DNA of 64,000 nt from Thermoanaerobaculia bacterium (GCA_036503335.1 DASXXC010000069.1:12059-76058), one strand, 5' to 3'. Positions 37,400 to 46,266 are shown, counted from the stretch's first letter. Numbers and translations are program-made. The notes: generated by a model from the sequence alone, not told the origin.

Positions 37400-37689
37400 G
37401 CCTGGAGATCCGAAACGACGAGAAGAACCGAAAGTTTTACGCCGACGTGGAGGGCCACGAGGCGGTGATCGAATACGTGAGGATGGGCGACGCCTACAAC
37501 CTCCTCCACACCTTCGTGCCCGAGGAGCTGCGCGGCCGGCACGTGGGAGAGGAGCTCGTGCGCGGCACTCTCGATCAGATCAAGGCTCAGGGAGCTACTT
37601 TCCTGCCGAGCTGTCCGTTCGTGCAGGCGTTTGTGAAGCGTCATCCGGAGTATCAGGAAGCGGTGGCCTCACACACGTCTGGAAGCTGA
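37396..37689 (+). CDS. Small GNAT-like acetyltransferase-fold protein (YjdJ type)
   Basis: 97 aa. ATGA overlap with the upstream stop. Motif HTFVPEELRGRHVGEELV...CPFV. Confidence 0.7.
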   Translation: MSLEIRNDEKNRKFYADVEGHEAVIEYVRMGDAYNLLHTFVPEELRGRHVGEELVRGTLDQIKAQGATFLPSCPFVQAFVKRHPEYQEAVASHTSGS

Positions 37690-38638
37690 AGGCGTAGGCC
37701 CGGGTCCCCACCCGCGGGAACCGCAGCGCCAGCCGCCGCCGGCGGAAGATGTCCGAATCGATCAGGCTCACCAGCCGCGCCCGCTCCCAGACGGCGAAGG
37801 TGCGGCCCTCGCGCTCCACCACGTCCGCTCCCCGCTCCTCCGGCGGAACGGGCGCGCCGTCCACCTCGATCTCCAGCTCGCCGTCCGGCGCCAGCACCAG
37901 GTTAACCCCCGCGGCGTCGCAGACCAGATCGAGCCCGGCGCACGGCTCGCGCGATTCCAGATACTCGGCCTCGTGGAGCCAGAGCCCCCGCGCGCCGAAC
38001 ATCCCCGGCAGTGGTGGCTCCCCTTCGGCGTGGCGCACCTCCTCGCCCGGACGGTAACCCTCGGCGGCCATGAGCCGGCCGCGATGGAAGCCGAGGTGGG
38101 TCTCGCGGGTGGCGGCGTGGCAGACGGCCCCGGGCCGGTCCTCCGGACGCACCGGCTCCAGGATCTCCGGCAGAGGCTCCGTGTTCCCCGCCTCCCGCAG
38201 GAGCTTCTGGATCCAGTTCTCGGTCTCGCCGTAGGCCCCCTCGCCGAAGCGCTCGTAGCGCAGATAGCCACGGGTGTCGATCAGATAGAGCGCCGGCCAG
38301 TATTTGTTGGCGAAGCGGGTCCAGGTGGCGCGGTCCGCGTCGAGCAGCACGGACCAGGAGACCCCCAAGTCCTGGACGGCCGCGGCCACCAGCGCCGGAT
38401 CGGCGGACATCTCGAATTCCGGCGTGTGCACGCCCACCATCGCGAGACCCTGGCCCCCGTAGCGCTGGTGCCAGGCCTTCAGATAGGGCAGCGTGCGCAG
38501 GCAGTTGACGCAGGTCGATTCCCAGAAATCGATCAGCACCACCCGCCCCCGTAGACCTCGGATCGACACCTCCGGCCCCTGCACCCAGACGCCGGGCGCC
38601 AGCTCGGGGGCTCGCAGGGGGACGGAGATCGGGGGCAC
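37595..38638 (-). CDS. Thioredoxin-fold protein (redoxin domain plus DipZ-C-like beta domain)
   Basis: WESTCVNC (CxxC) motif. GTG start at 38638 with no SD. The 3' end overlaps the convergent GNAT-like gene by 95 nt. Confidence 0.7.
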   Translation of the reverse strand: MPPISVPLRAPELAPGVWVQGPEVSIRGLRGRVVLIDFWESTCVNCLRTLPYLKAWHQRYGGQGLAMVGVHTPEFEMSADPALVAAAVQDLGVSWSVLLDADRATWTRFANKYWPALYLIDTRGYLRYERFGEGAYGETENWIQKLLREAGNTEPLPEILEPVRPEDRPGAVCHAATRETHLGFHRGRLMAAEGYRPGEEVRHAEGEPPLPGMFGARGLWLHEAEYLESREPCAGLDLVCDAAGVNLVLAPDGELEIEVDGAPVPPEERGADVVEREGRTFAVWERARLVSLIDSDIFRRRRLALRFPRVGTRAYAFSFQTCVRPPLPDTPDDASQTPARTDSSAGK

Positions 38639-38650
38639 GGAAAGGAGAGC

Positions 38651-38679
38651 GCCGGGCCCGGTAGGTGTCCGGACCCGGC
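38651..38679 (-). terminator. Hairpin downstream of the protease gene
   Basis: gccgggcccgg-taggtgt-ccggacccggc. 11-bp stem with 1 mismatch. Only a weak T-rich tail on the minus strand. Confidence 0.35.
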
Positions 38680-38693
38680 GGGAAAGGCCCGTT

Positions 38694-40478
38694 CTACTCG
38701 AACGAGACCGTCATGTTGTAGGTGTTGCGGGTCGAGGAGCTCAAGGTGACCTGCCAGTAGACGAAGGCCGGCCGGCTGCCGTCATTGGTCAGCGAGATCG
38801 TCTCGGAGTTGTCGTGCCCCGCCGAGGTGGTGACGGCGTCGCCCGCGCAGCTCGTGTAGCCCGCCAGATCGATGTCGCCGTTGCCGTCGTCGAACTCCAC
38901 CGTGACGTCGACCGTGCGGTGCGCCGGCACGCTGACGCGGTACCAGTCGGGGTCGTTGATCTTGACGACACGGTTGGTCAGCCGGCCTGCCTTCACCACG
39001 CGCGCCTTGCCGCAGGAGTTGTTCGGCTCCGAGCGGTCGTCCGCTCCCTTGACCAGGAACTTGCGGATCCTCGTGTAGGTGTTGGTGAAGGCGCCGAAGC
39101 AGTCATAGAGGTCCGACGGGCCGACGCCGCAGGCCGAGGGGCCGAAGAAGAGCTGGCCAAAGAGCTGCTGGGTGTCGTCCTTGTAGATGCCCGAGCCCGA
39201 GGAGCCCCCCTCGGTGACGCCGTCGGTCCAGACGATGCGGACCAGCTTGATGGCGTTCGTCCCCGCGTCCTGGTTGCAGATCTGGCTCTGGTCCTTGAAA
39301 CCGAAGCTGATCCGCTTGTAGTCGCCCGCGGGATGATGGATCACCGTGCTGTCGGTGCCGTCCGGCACGGTCTTGCCCGTCCAGCCCTCCCAGTAGAGGT
39401 TGTCCGGCAGCGCGCCGTTGATCAGCAGCAGCGTGTAGTCGGAGGTGGGGCTGGTGGAGACCAGGGTCGCGCCGCTGGAGGTCGGCACGCTGCTGAGCGA
39501 CGGCGGATTGCCGTTGCAGGCCGAGGTCTGGTAGAGCCAGAAGAACTCGGCGGACGACGCCCCGCCCCCCGTGCTGATGCAGTGGTTGGCCGTGAGGAAG
39601 TAGGGGGTGAAGTCCTGGGCGTTGGTGTTGAGGAGCTGGCCGGAGCAGAGGAAGCCGCTGCCGTCCTCCACGAACTCCACCAGGGAGACGCCGCGGGCCG
39701 CGTCGGCCCACTCGGGGTGGCAGGTCACGTCGTTCTCGCAGGTGCCGGCCTGCTTCTCGTGCACCAAGCTGCGCGCCATCTTGTCCACCGGGTCGATGTA
39801 GGCGTGCTGCAGACTGTCGATCTGGAACGGCAGCTCCCGGGAGGCCCCGGCGGGCGCCAGATACTCGACGCGGACCCGCTCGCCGGCGAACGTGCGGCTC
39901 CAGAAGTCGCCGGACCCGGCCGGGGAGGCCTCATGGAATTCCACCTTGCGGTCGGGATCGAACTGCGCGAAGCCGTTCCGGGCCACCCCCTGGACCGCGC
40001 CGTCCGGCGCGTAGAGGGCCAGCTCGGCGCCGGCGGGCAGCCGGAGGCTCTTGAAGTGGAGGCGCAGGCCGAGGGCGTCGGGCGAGACGATCTCGGCCGC
40101 CCACAGGCGGGCGCCCCCCGCGAGGTCGAACCAGTTGCCGTCCGGCGCGGAGACCTTGACGGCGCGGCCGACGCTGAAGCGCAGGGTCTTCACCCGCAGA
40201 CGCTGGTTGACGGCGTCCTCCTTGAGCAGCAGGTCCTTGTCGACGGCGGACAGCCGGACCTCCGGCAGGGTGCCGAGATTGACGCCCATCTTCTCCGAGG
40301 GGGTGGGGCGAACAGCCTTCACGGCTTTGGGGAGCGACTGCGGCGCCCGGATGCCGAATGTCTCATTGGCGGCCGGCGCCGCGGCCCAGCCGGTGGCGCT
40401 CGACGCGAGCAGGGCGCCGAGCCCGATCGCCAGCGCGAGCCGTCCCGCCTGACGCCTGGGAGCGAAGAACCTTTCCAT
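38694..40478 (-). CDS. Secreted S1-family serine protease (lysyl-endopeptidase-like) with an N-terminal pro-region and a C-terminal PPC-like domain
   Basis: Start MERFFAPRRQ at 40478, after AAGGAG. Signal peptide. Catalytic His in LTANHC, Ser in GGSSGSG. C-terminal EPNNS...DPDWY pre-peptidase-like domain. Confidence 0.8.
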   Translation of the reverse strand: MERFFAPRRQAGRLALAIGLGALLASSATGWAAAPAANETFGIRAPQSLPKAVKAVRPTPSEKMGVNLGTLPEVRLSAVDKDLLLKEDAVNQRLRVKTLRFSVGRAVKVSAPDGNWFDLAGGARLWAAEIVSPDALGLRLHFKSLRLPAGAELALYAPDGAVQGVARNGFAQFDPDRKVEFHEASPAGSGDFWSRTFAGERVRVEYLAPAGASRELPFQIDSLQHAYIDPVDKMARSLVHEKQAGTCENDVTCHPEWADAARGVSLVEFVEDGSGFLCSGQLLNTNAQDFTPYFLTANHCISTGGGASSAEFFWLYQTSACNGNPPSLSSVPTSSGATLVSTSPTSDYTLLLINGALPDNLYWEGWTGKTVPDGTDSTVIHHPAGDYKRISFGFKDQSQICNQDAGTNAIKLVRIVWTDGVTEGGSSGSGIYKDDTQQLFGQLFFGPSACGVGPSDLYDCFGAFTNTYTRIRKFLVKGADDRSEPNNSCGKARVVKAGRLTNRVVKINDPDWYRVSVPAHRTVDVTVEFDDGNGDIDLAGYTSCAGDAVTTSAGHDNSETISLTNDGSRPAFVYWQVTLSSSTRNTYNMTVSFE

Positions 40479-40563
40479 CCTGATCTCCTTTCGAGGTGTT
40501 GCGGGCGGCGCCTGCCACCTCTTTATAAACGCATAGCAGTTTACCACTGCATCTCCGGAGGGC

Positions 40564-41181
40564 CTACCGAAGCGGAGAGCGGTAGCGGTACAGCAGGCGG
40601 TCCACCGTGAACGGCAGCTCCCGGGAGGTCCCGCCGGAAGGTGACAGATATTCGATCCGGGCGCGCTCGCCCGCGATCGTGCCGGTCCAGAATTCGTTCC
40701 GGCCGGCCGGAAGGCTCTCGTGCAGCTCGCGGGTCTCCTTCGCGGAAGGCGCGTAGACGGCGAGCTCGGAGCCGGCCGGCAGCCGCCCCTTGAAGTGGAG
40801 ACGGAGACCGAGGGCACCGGTGGCGGCGATCTCCACCGCCCAGAGGCGGCGCCCCCCCACGAGGTCGTACCAATGGCCGTCGGCCGCCGAGATCCGCACG
40901 TCGCGGACCACGCCGTCGCGGAGGGCCTTCCCCCGGCCACCCCGGCCTGTATTCGCCTCGTCCTCCCGCAGCAGCTTCTCGCGGTCGACCGCCGGCAGCC
41001 GGACCTCCGGCACGTCCCGGAGCTCCACCCCCATCCTTTCGGAAGGCAGGGGCGGGACCGGCTTCTTTTCCTGGCGCGCCGGCGGACCGGGGGTCCCGAG
41101 AGTCTCCGGCGGCTGGGCCCTTCCCGCCGCGCTCCACGCCAGCAGGAGGCCGAGCCCGGCCGCGATCCACCGTCTCTTCAC
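40564..41181 (-). CDS. Free-standing paralog of the protease N-terminal pro-region
   Basis: 205 aa with a signal peptide. Aligns by eye to residues about 60-260 of the downstream protease (MGVELRDVPEVRLPAVD / MGVNLGTLPEVRLSAVD; ALGLRLHFKG / ALGLRLHFKS; SRELPF). It stops where the catalytic domain would begin. GTGA overlap with the upstream gene. Confidence 0.7.
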   Translation of the reverse strand: MKRRWIAAGLGLLLAWSAAGRAQPPETLGTPGPPARQEKKPVPPLPSERMGVELRDVPEVRLPAVDREKLLREDEANTGRGGRGKALRDGVVRDVRISAADGHWYDLVGGRRLWAVEIAATGALGLRLHFKGRLPAGSELAVYAPSAKETRELHESLPAGRNEFWTGTIAGERARIEYLSPSGGTSRELPFTVDRLLYRYRSPLR

Positions 41182-44100
41182 CGCGCCGCGCCCAGCACGT
41201 ACGCGGGATCGTTGGTGGCGTTGTTCACGACCTGGCCCGCGGCCAGCAGCTTGCCCGACCTCACCATCGCCTCGACCGTGAAGCCCCCGGCCGTCCCCGC
41301 CGCCGGCAGCGGGTGCTGGCTCGGGCTGAATTGGCGGGCCTTGCCGGCGCCCAGGGAGACGCCGTCGAGCCGGCCGAGCACCGTGCCGTCGAGCGCCCGG
41401 TAGATCAGATCGTAGACTCCCGCGTCACCCGACGGATTGAAGAGCCAGAGCGTGGTGCGGTAGGAGGCGTCCTGCCGCAGGCCGGTCAGGACCACCCGCT
41501 GCCCCGCCCCCGCGGCGTCGCCGTCGCCCTGCGCCATCATCGACTGGCCGAACCGCCGGGCGGGGTTGGCGTTGTTGTAGCTCTCGCCCTGGAAGACCGG
41601 CAGGGCCCCGGAGGGCTCGCGGCTGACCAGGGTCAGGATGCCGATGGCGTTCGAGATCCCCCACTGCCCCTGGATGACGTCCGTCAGCCGCCGCGTCTCC
41701 CCGGGCTGAAGGGTGATCGACACCGGCGCCGTGGGCTGGCCGAGGGGGCCGACGCTGGTGAACGTGAGGTCCGCGCGCAGCGCCTGGGCGCCGGGGTTGG
41801 CCAGCACCGCGTCGCTCCGCCAGAGGGCGCCGAGAGGTCCCGGCGCCGAGAGCGCGCCCACCAGCCAGGCCCGCGAGGTCTTGGTGACCGCCGCCTCCAG
41901 GAACGACGGATCGTCCGTGGCCAGCCGGATCACCGAGGCATACGGATAGAGCGGCCCGCCCGAGACCGTCTCCACCTGCACCCGGTAGTCCTTCCCCGAG
42001 ACGCCGAAGGTGCCGCGGATCTCCGCCGCCTGGAACTGCTTCTGGCCGTAGGGGGCCACCGTCAGATCGGACGAGAGGGCGATCTGCTTCCCCGTGGCGT
42101 CGAAGAAGCGGACCCGGTAGGTGGCGGCCGTCGCGTTGGGGTTGGTGACGCCGAAGTACGACAGCCGCTCGCCGTCGTCGCTCAAGCCCACCAGATTCTG
42201 TGTTCCCGGCACGGTGCCGCCCAGGATCAGCCCGGGCACCGTCTGGCCGAACCGGGAGCTCCCCTGGAGCGTGGTGTTGAACGAGGCCACCACCGGCGCG
42301 ACGGTGGCTGTCCCCTGCGGGGTGACGGTGAAAAATCCGCTCAGATTTCCGAGGCCGAAGAGGTCCTTCAGCACGTCGGCGACGAAGAGGGTGGCACCTG
42401 GCGCGATCGTCCGCGTGGCCCGCGGCGGATTGGTGTCCGGCAGGCCGCGCTTGCGGAACTCCAGCGTCACGTCGACCGCCGCGCTCCCCGGGTTGTAGAC
42501 GTAGAGGTCGGTCGTCTGCACCAGCGCGCCGGTGGTCTCGGCGATCCAGGGGACGAGCACTCCGGCGGGCGGAGGCGGGGGGGGCGGGGGCGGCGGTCCG
42601 CCGGGGCTGGGGGCGGTGACCTGGAAGACCTTGCGGGAGGTGGCCGAGGTCTGGCCGTTGCTCACCGTCAGCGTCACCCCATAGCTCCCGGCCTGGGTCC
42701 AGGTGTGGCTCACCGACCGGCCCGTGGCCGTGGTGCCGTCGCCGAAGTCCCAGGAGTAGGTCAGGGCGCCGGTGGCGTTGGCGGTGAAGCTCACCGCGGC
42801 GCCGGTCTCGGCCGGGCACTGCTCGATGCCGAACGGGCTCGTGCAATGGGCGCTGGTCTGGAACGTGGCGTCGGGCGGCGGCGGCAGGTTCGAGGCCACG
42901 ATCACCGCCCGCTGGGCCGTGGCGGCCGAGCCCGAGCGGCTGATGGTCAGCAGCACCGTGTAGGTCCCGGAGGCGGCGTAGGTATGGCTCACCACCGGAC
43001 CCGCCGCCGTCGTGCCGTCGCCGAAGTCCCAGGCGTACTGCGTCGGCCCGCCCGAGGAGGAGGTGGCGTCGAAGGTCACCGCCTGCCCGGGTTTGGGAGA
43101 GGCTGGCGAATAGGTGAAGCTCGCGCTCAAGCTCCCGGTCCCCGAGATCGACACCGGCTTCAGCCCCACCGCGCTGCCGCAGGCCGAGTTGGTGGCCGAG
43201 ACCGGCTTGGTCCCCGGATCGGTCCAGGTCACCGCGACCTGCGGTCCGGTGGCGGCGCCGGCGATCGAGCCGCCGCCGGTGCTCCAGGTCCAGCCGTTGG
43301 GGCTCGGCGTACACCCCGTGGCGGTCGCGGTGAACGAATACGGAGTCCCCGTCAGCCCGGAATCCGGCCCTGTCACGTCGATCGCCGAGCCCCCGCCGCC
43401 GGTGGTGCCGGTGCGCTGGTGGACGTCGAAGATCGACAGCGCCGCCCGATAGAAGAAGTCCCCCACGAATTTGCCCGAGCGGGGGGCGACCAGGTTGAAG
43501 CCCGTGGGCCCGCCCCGGTAGTACCAGCCCCAGTAGTTGAACGGCGAGATGTCCTGCGGCGCCGCGGGGCTGCTCACGTCGAGCAGCCACTCGTGCTGGG
43601 TGCCGCCCGCGCAGCGGTTGTCCGTCCCCAGATAGAGGAACGGCGTGCCGTTGCTGCGGGAAAAGTCGAGGTAATCCGTGCCCTGGCCGTCGTACACGCC
43701 CACGGAGAGGGGCGCTCCCAGCCCGGAGCAGGAGGAGCTGGCGATGCAGCTCACGTCGTAGATCGACAGGTGGTGCGCGCTCCCATCCACCGTCCGCGCG
43801 GCGAGATAGTACGCGGTCCCCTGCTTCCAGAGGGCGACCCCGTAGACCGGCCGGTCGTTCAGGGCCGAGAGCCTGAGCTGCGGGCTGGCGGGATTTCCCA
43901 GGTCCCAGATCTCGACGCCCCAGGAGGAGCCGCCGCCGGAGACCACGAACGTATCCACGCCGTCCAGGAAGCTCGACGCCCGGGTGCCGATCCGCCCCCG
44001 GTAGACCCCGGGGCACTGCACGGAGGAGCCCGTGTTGGGCACCTCCTCGGAGCACCGGTCGTAGAGTTTCGCCTGGGTCATGTCATAGGCGAACAGACCC

Positions 44101-44726
44101 GCGCTCCCCGCCGCCAGGAAGGCATAGCGCCGGCCGCCGAGCGTGGCGGCGTAGACCTGGGTCCCCTCCTTGCCGTAGTTCTGGTAGACGAGCTTGGGGC
44201 TGGTCTTGTCCGCCAGGTCCACGATGGCGATCCCGATGCTCGAAACCCCGGCGAGCGCCACCTCGTCGTCCACGCCGGCCGGCGCGTCCACGTCCTGGAG
44301 GGGCCACTTGATCTCCGGATTGACGCTCCAGACCGGGAAGGCGGTGAAGGAGAGCTGCGAGACCGGCTGTGGAATGGCGCTGTGCGCGTCCCATACCTGG
44401 AGCCCGTGCGCCAGGGCGATGAACAGGTACTGGTTCTCGGTGTCGACCGACATGAACCATGGGAACGACCAGTAGGCCTGCTGGGACTCGATGAACGCCG
44501 TCGAGTCCGTGCAGAAGGCGGCTCCGCTGGTGCAGAGCGTATAGCCGCCCACCGGCCGCAGCCCGCCCCAGCGGTCCGAGGGGACCGGTGCCGCGGGGGT
44601 CGCGCACTCGGCGCGCCCGCACCCCGAGCGGTCGCAGGTCCCCGCCGCGGCGAGCTCCGCCGGGGAGGCCAGGGTCAACGAGATCAGGACGAGCGAGGCG
44701 AGGAGAGATACCAGGGTGCGCGTCAT
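41178..44726 (-). CDS. Large secreted protein: LVIVD-like beta-propeller repeats, PKD domains, poly-Pro linker, two C-terminal modules of unknown function
   Basis: Signal peptide MTRTLVSLLASLVLISLTLASPA. Repeats of the type GIAIVDLADKTSP, VEIWDLGNPASP, LSIYDVS. Two WDFGDGT PKD signatures. A P11 tract. The C-terminal modules resemble the 3520-4941 product. Confidence 0.8.
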   Translation of the reverse strand: MTRTLVSLLASLVLISLTLASPAELAAAGTCDRSGCGRAECATPAAPVPSDRWGGLRPVGGYTLCTSGAAFCTDSTAFIESQQAYWSFPWFMSVDTENQYLFIALAHGLQVWDAHSAIPQPVSQLSFTAFPVWSVNPEIKWPLQDVDAPAGVDDEVALAGVSSIGIAIVDLADKTSPKLVYQNYGKEGTQVYAATLGGRRYAFLAAGSAGLFAYDMTQAKLYDRCSEEVPNTGSSVQCPGVYRGRIGTRASSFLDGVDTFVVSGGGSSWGVEIWDLGNPASPQLRLSALNDRPVYGVALWKQGTAYYLAARTVDGSAHHLSIYDVSCIASSSCSGLGAPLSVGVYDGQGTDYLDFSRSNGTPFLYLGTDNRCAGGTQHEWLLDVSSPAAPQDISPFNYWGWYYRGGPTGFNLVAPRSGKFVGDFFYRAALSIFDVHQRTGTTGGGGSAIDVTGPDSGLTGTPYSFTATATGCTPSPNGWTWSTGGGSIAGAATGPQVAVTWTDPGTKPVSATNSACGSAVGLKPVSISGTGSLSASFTYSPASPKPGQAVTFDATSSSGGPTQYAWDFGDGTTAAGPVVSHTYAASGTYTVLLTISRSGSAATAQRAVIVASNLPPPPDATFQTSAHCTSPFGIEQCPAETGAAVSFTANATGALTYSWDFGDGTTATGRSVSHTWTQAGSYGVTLTVSNGQTSATSRKVFQVTAPSPGGPPPPPPPPPPAGVLVPWIAETTGALVQTTDLYVYNPGSAAVDVTLEFRKRGLPDTNPPRATRTIAPGATLFVADVLKDLFGLGNLSGFFTVTPQGTATVAPVVASFNTTLQGSSRFGQTVPGLILGGTVPGTQNLVGLSDDGERLSYFGVTNPNATAATYRVRFFDATGKQIALSSDLTVAPYGQKQFQAAEIRGTFGVSGKDYRVQVETVSGGPLYPYASVIRLATDDPSFLEAAVTKTSRAWLVGALSAPGPLGALWRSDAVLANPGAQALRADLTFTSVGPLGQPTAPVSITLQPGETRRLTDVIQGQWGISNAIGILTLVSREPSGALPVFQGESYNNANPARRFGQSMMAQGDGDAAGAGQRVVLTGLRQDASYRTTLWLFNPSGDAGVYDLIYRALDGTVLGRLDGVSLGAGKARQFSPSQHPLPAAGTAGGFTVEAMVRSGKLLAAGQVVNNATNDPAYVLGAAR

Positions 44727-44775
44727 CGCAGGCTCCTATCGGGAACAGGCGTCGCCATCAATGCCGTAAAAGCAT

Positions 44776-44791
44776 AGCAAATCCCGAGCCA
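44776..44791 (-). promoter_or_regulatory. Sigma-54 (RpoN) promoter
   Basis: The minus strand reads TGGCTCGGGATTTGCT against the consensus TGGCACG-N4-TTGCW. There is one mismatch and the GG/GC spacing is correct. It sits about 50 nt upstream of the ATG at 44726. Confidence 0.6.
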
Positions 44792-44832
44792 CCTCCATTC
44801 CCGGGGCCTCCCCTGATAGGATTGCAACACCC

Positions 44833-45561
44833 ATGAACGACCTTTCCTACGGGGCGCCCCGGGGGCGCCGTAAGCGGATCTTCCTGTGGCTGCTCGGCCT
44901 GTTCGGCGTCTACCTCGTCTGGGAGGTGGTCACCTGGCCGGACGTCGCCGTCCTCACCCACGCCCACCCCACCACCACCGCCTTCATCGAGAAATACCGG
45001 GGCTGGGGCATCCTCGGGCCGAAGAAAAAGGTCGAATGGACCTGGGTCCCCTACTCGCGGATCTCCCCCAACCTCAAGCGGGCGGTCCTGGTCAACGAGG
45101 ACATGCGCTTCTTCTCCCACAGCGGCTTCGACGAGGCCGAGATCAAAGCCTCCCTCCAGGACGCCTGGGACCGGAAGTCGCTGCCGCGCGGCGCCTCGAC
45201 GATCACCCAGCAGGTGGCCAAGAACCTCTGGCTCTCGGGCTCCTACAACCCCCTGCGCAAGGTGAAGGAGGCGATCCTCACCAAGCAGCTCGAGGCCGAC
45301 CTCTCGAAGCGGCGGATCCTGGAGATCTACCTCAACGTGGCCGAATTCGGCGAGGGGATCTACGGCGCCGAGGCCGCCGCCCGCCACTACTACCACCGCT
45401 CGGCCGCCGGCCTCACCGAGCGCCAGGCCGCCGAGCTCTCCGTCTCCCTCCCCCGCCCCAGGAGCTGGCACCCGGGCGTCCGGACCCGCGGCTACCAGCG
45501 GGAGGTGCGCTACACCCTGCGGCGGATGGCGGTGGCGCGGTGGCTGTGGGGGGAGATCTGA
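44833..45561 (+). CDS. mtgA: Monofunctional biosynthetic peptidoglycan transglycosylase
   Basis: N-terminal TM anchor. GT51 motifs VNEDMRFFSHSGFD, GASTITQQVAKNL, RILEIYLNVAEFG. Confidence 0.9.
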   Translation: MNDLSYGAPRGRRKRIFLWLLGLFGVYLVWEVVTWPDVAVLTHAHPTTTAFIEKYRGWGILGPKKKVEWTWVPYSRISPNLKRAVLVNEDMRFFSHSGFDEAEIKASLQDAWDRKSLPRGASTITQQVAKNLWLSGSYNPLRKVKEAILTKQLEADLSKRRILEIYLNVAEFGEGIYGAEAAARHYYHRSAAGLTERQAAELSVSLPRPRSWHPGVRTRGYQREVRYTLRRMAVARWLWGEI

Positions 45562-45574
45562 GGGCCCCGCTTCC

Positions 45575-45590
45575 TGGCAATGGAATTGCA
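45575..45590 (+). promoter_or_regulatory. Sigma-54 (RpoN) promoter
   Basis: TGGCAATGGAATTGCA against TGGCACG-N4-TTGCW. Two mismatches, correct spacing. About 54 nt upstream of the ATG at 45644. Confidence 0.55.
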
Positions 45591-45643
45591 CCTTTCCCGC
45601 GCGAGCCGGTCTCCCAGCCGGTCCTCTCGCGGAGGATAAAACC

Positions 45644-46216
45644 ATGGCCGAGGTGCTCGTGCAGTTCCAGGAGCCGCTGAGCGCGTCCGGAAGCGCCCTT
45701 TACACCGCGCGGGTCTGTGGCCGTTCCGCCCCGGACGGCGGATGGGAGGGCTGGATCGAGTTCTTGCCGGATGACGGCTCGCCGATCCTGCGCTCGCGGC
45801 GGGAGACCCGGCAGCCCGATCGCGACGCTCTCCTCTACTGGGCCACCGGCCTGACCCAGATCTACCTGGAGGGGGCTCTCGCGCGGACCCTCGATCCGGT
45901 GCGCCCGCCCCGGCCCGTGGTCCTTCCCGAGCCGGCCTACGACGGCCCGGCCCCCGACCCTTGGGGCCCCGCGCCACCGCCGCCCGCCCAGGCCGTCCTC
46001 GACCCCTTCTCCGTCTACCTGAAGGGGGAGGACCTCCTGCGGCAGGAGCTCAACGCCCTGAGCGACTGGCACCTGCGCAACATCATCCGCGCCTACGCCC
46101 TGCTCGACGCCGAGACGCCGGAATTCCAGCGCCTCAGCCGGCCTGAGCTCGCCGAACGGATCGTCGTCGCCGTCCGGACGGCCCTGGCGCACCCGGCGGT
46201 GCCTCCCGCTGGATAG
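45644..46216 (+). CDS. Hypothetical protein (190 aa)
   Basis: Good coding appearance and a Pro-rich central linker. No family recognised. Preceded by the sigma-54 promoter. Confidence 0.65.
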   Translation: MAEVLVQFQEPLSASGSALYTARVCGRSAPDGGWEGWIEFLPDDGSPILRSRRETRQPDRDALLYWATGLTQIYLEGALARTLDPVRPPRPVVLPEPAYDGPAPDPWGPAPPPPAQAVLDPFSVYLKGEDLLRQELNALSDWHLRNIIRAYALLDAETPEFQRLSRPELAERIVVAVRTALAHPAVPPAG

Positions 46217-46266
46217 AATACGTTCCCGCCTGAAACGGGTCAGGCCTTCCCACCCCGGAGGTAAGG

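Noticed and set aside
44853-44869. The perfect 17-bp palindrome ggcgccccgggggcgcc as an enhancer (UAS) for the sigma-54 promoter.
   Set aside because: It is mentioned under the findings but not annotated as a feature. GC-only palindromes of this size are expected fairly often by chance at this base composition, and it lies inside mtgA coding sequence.
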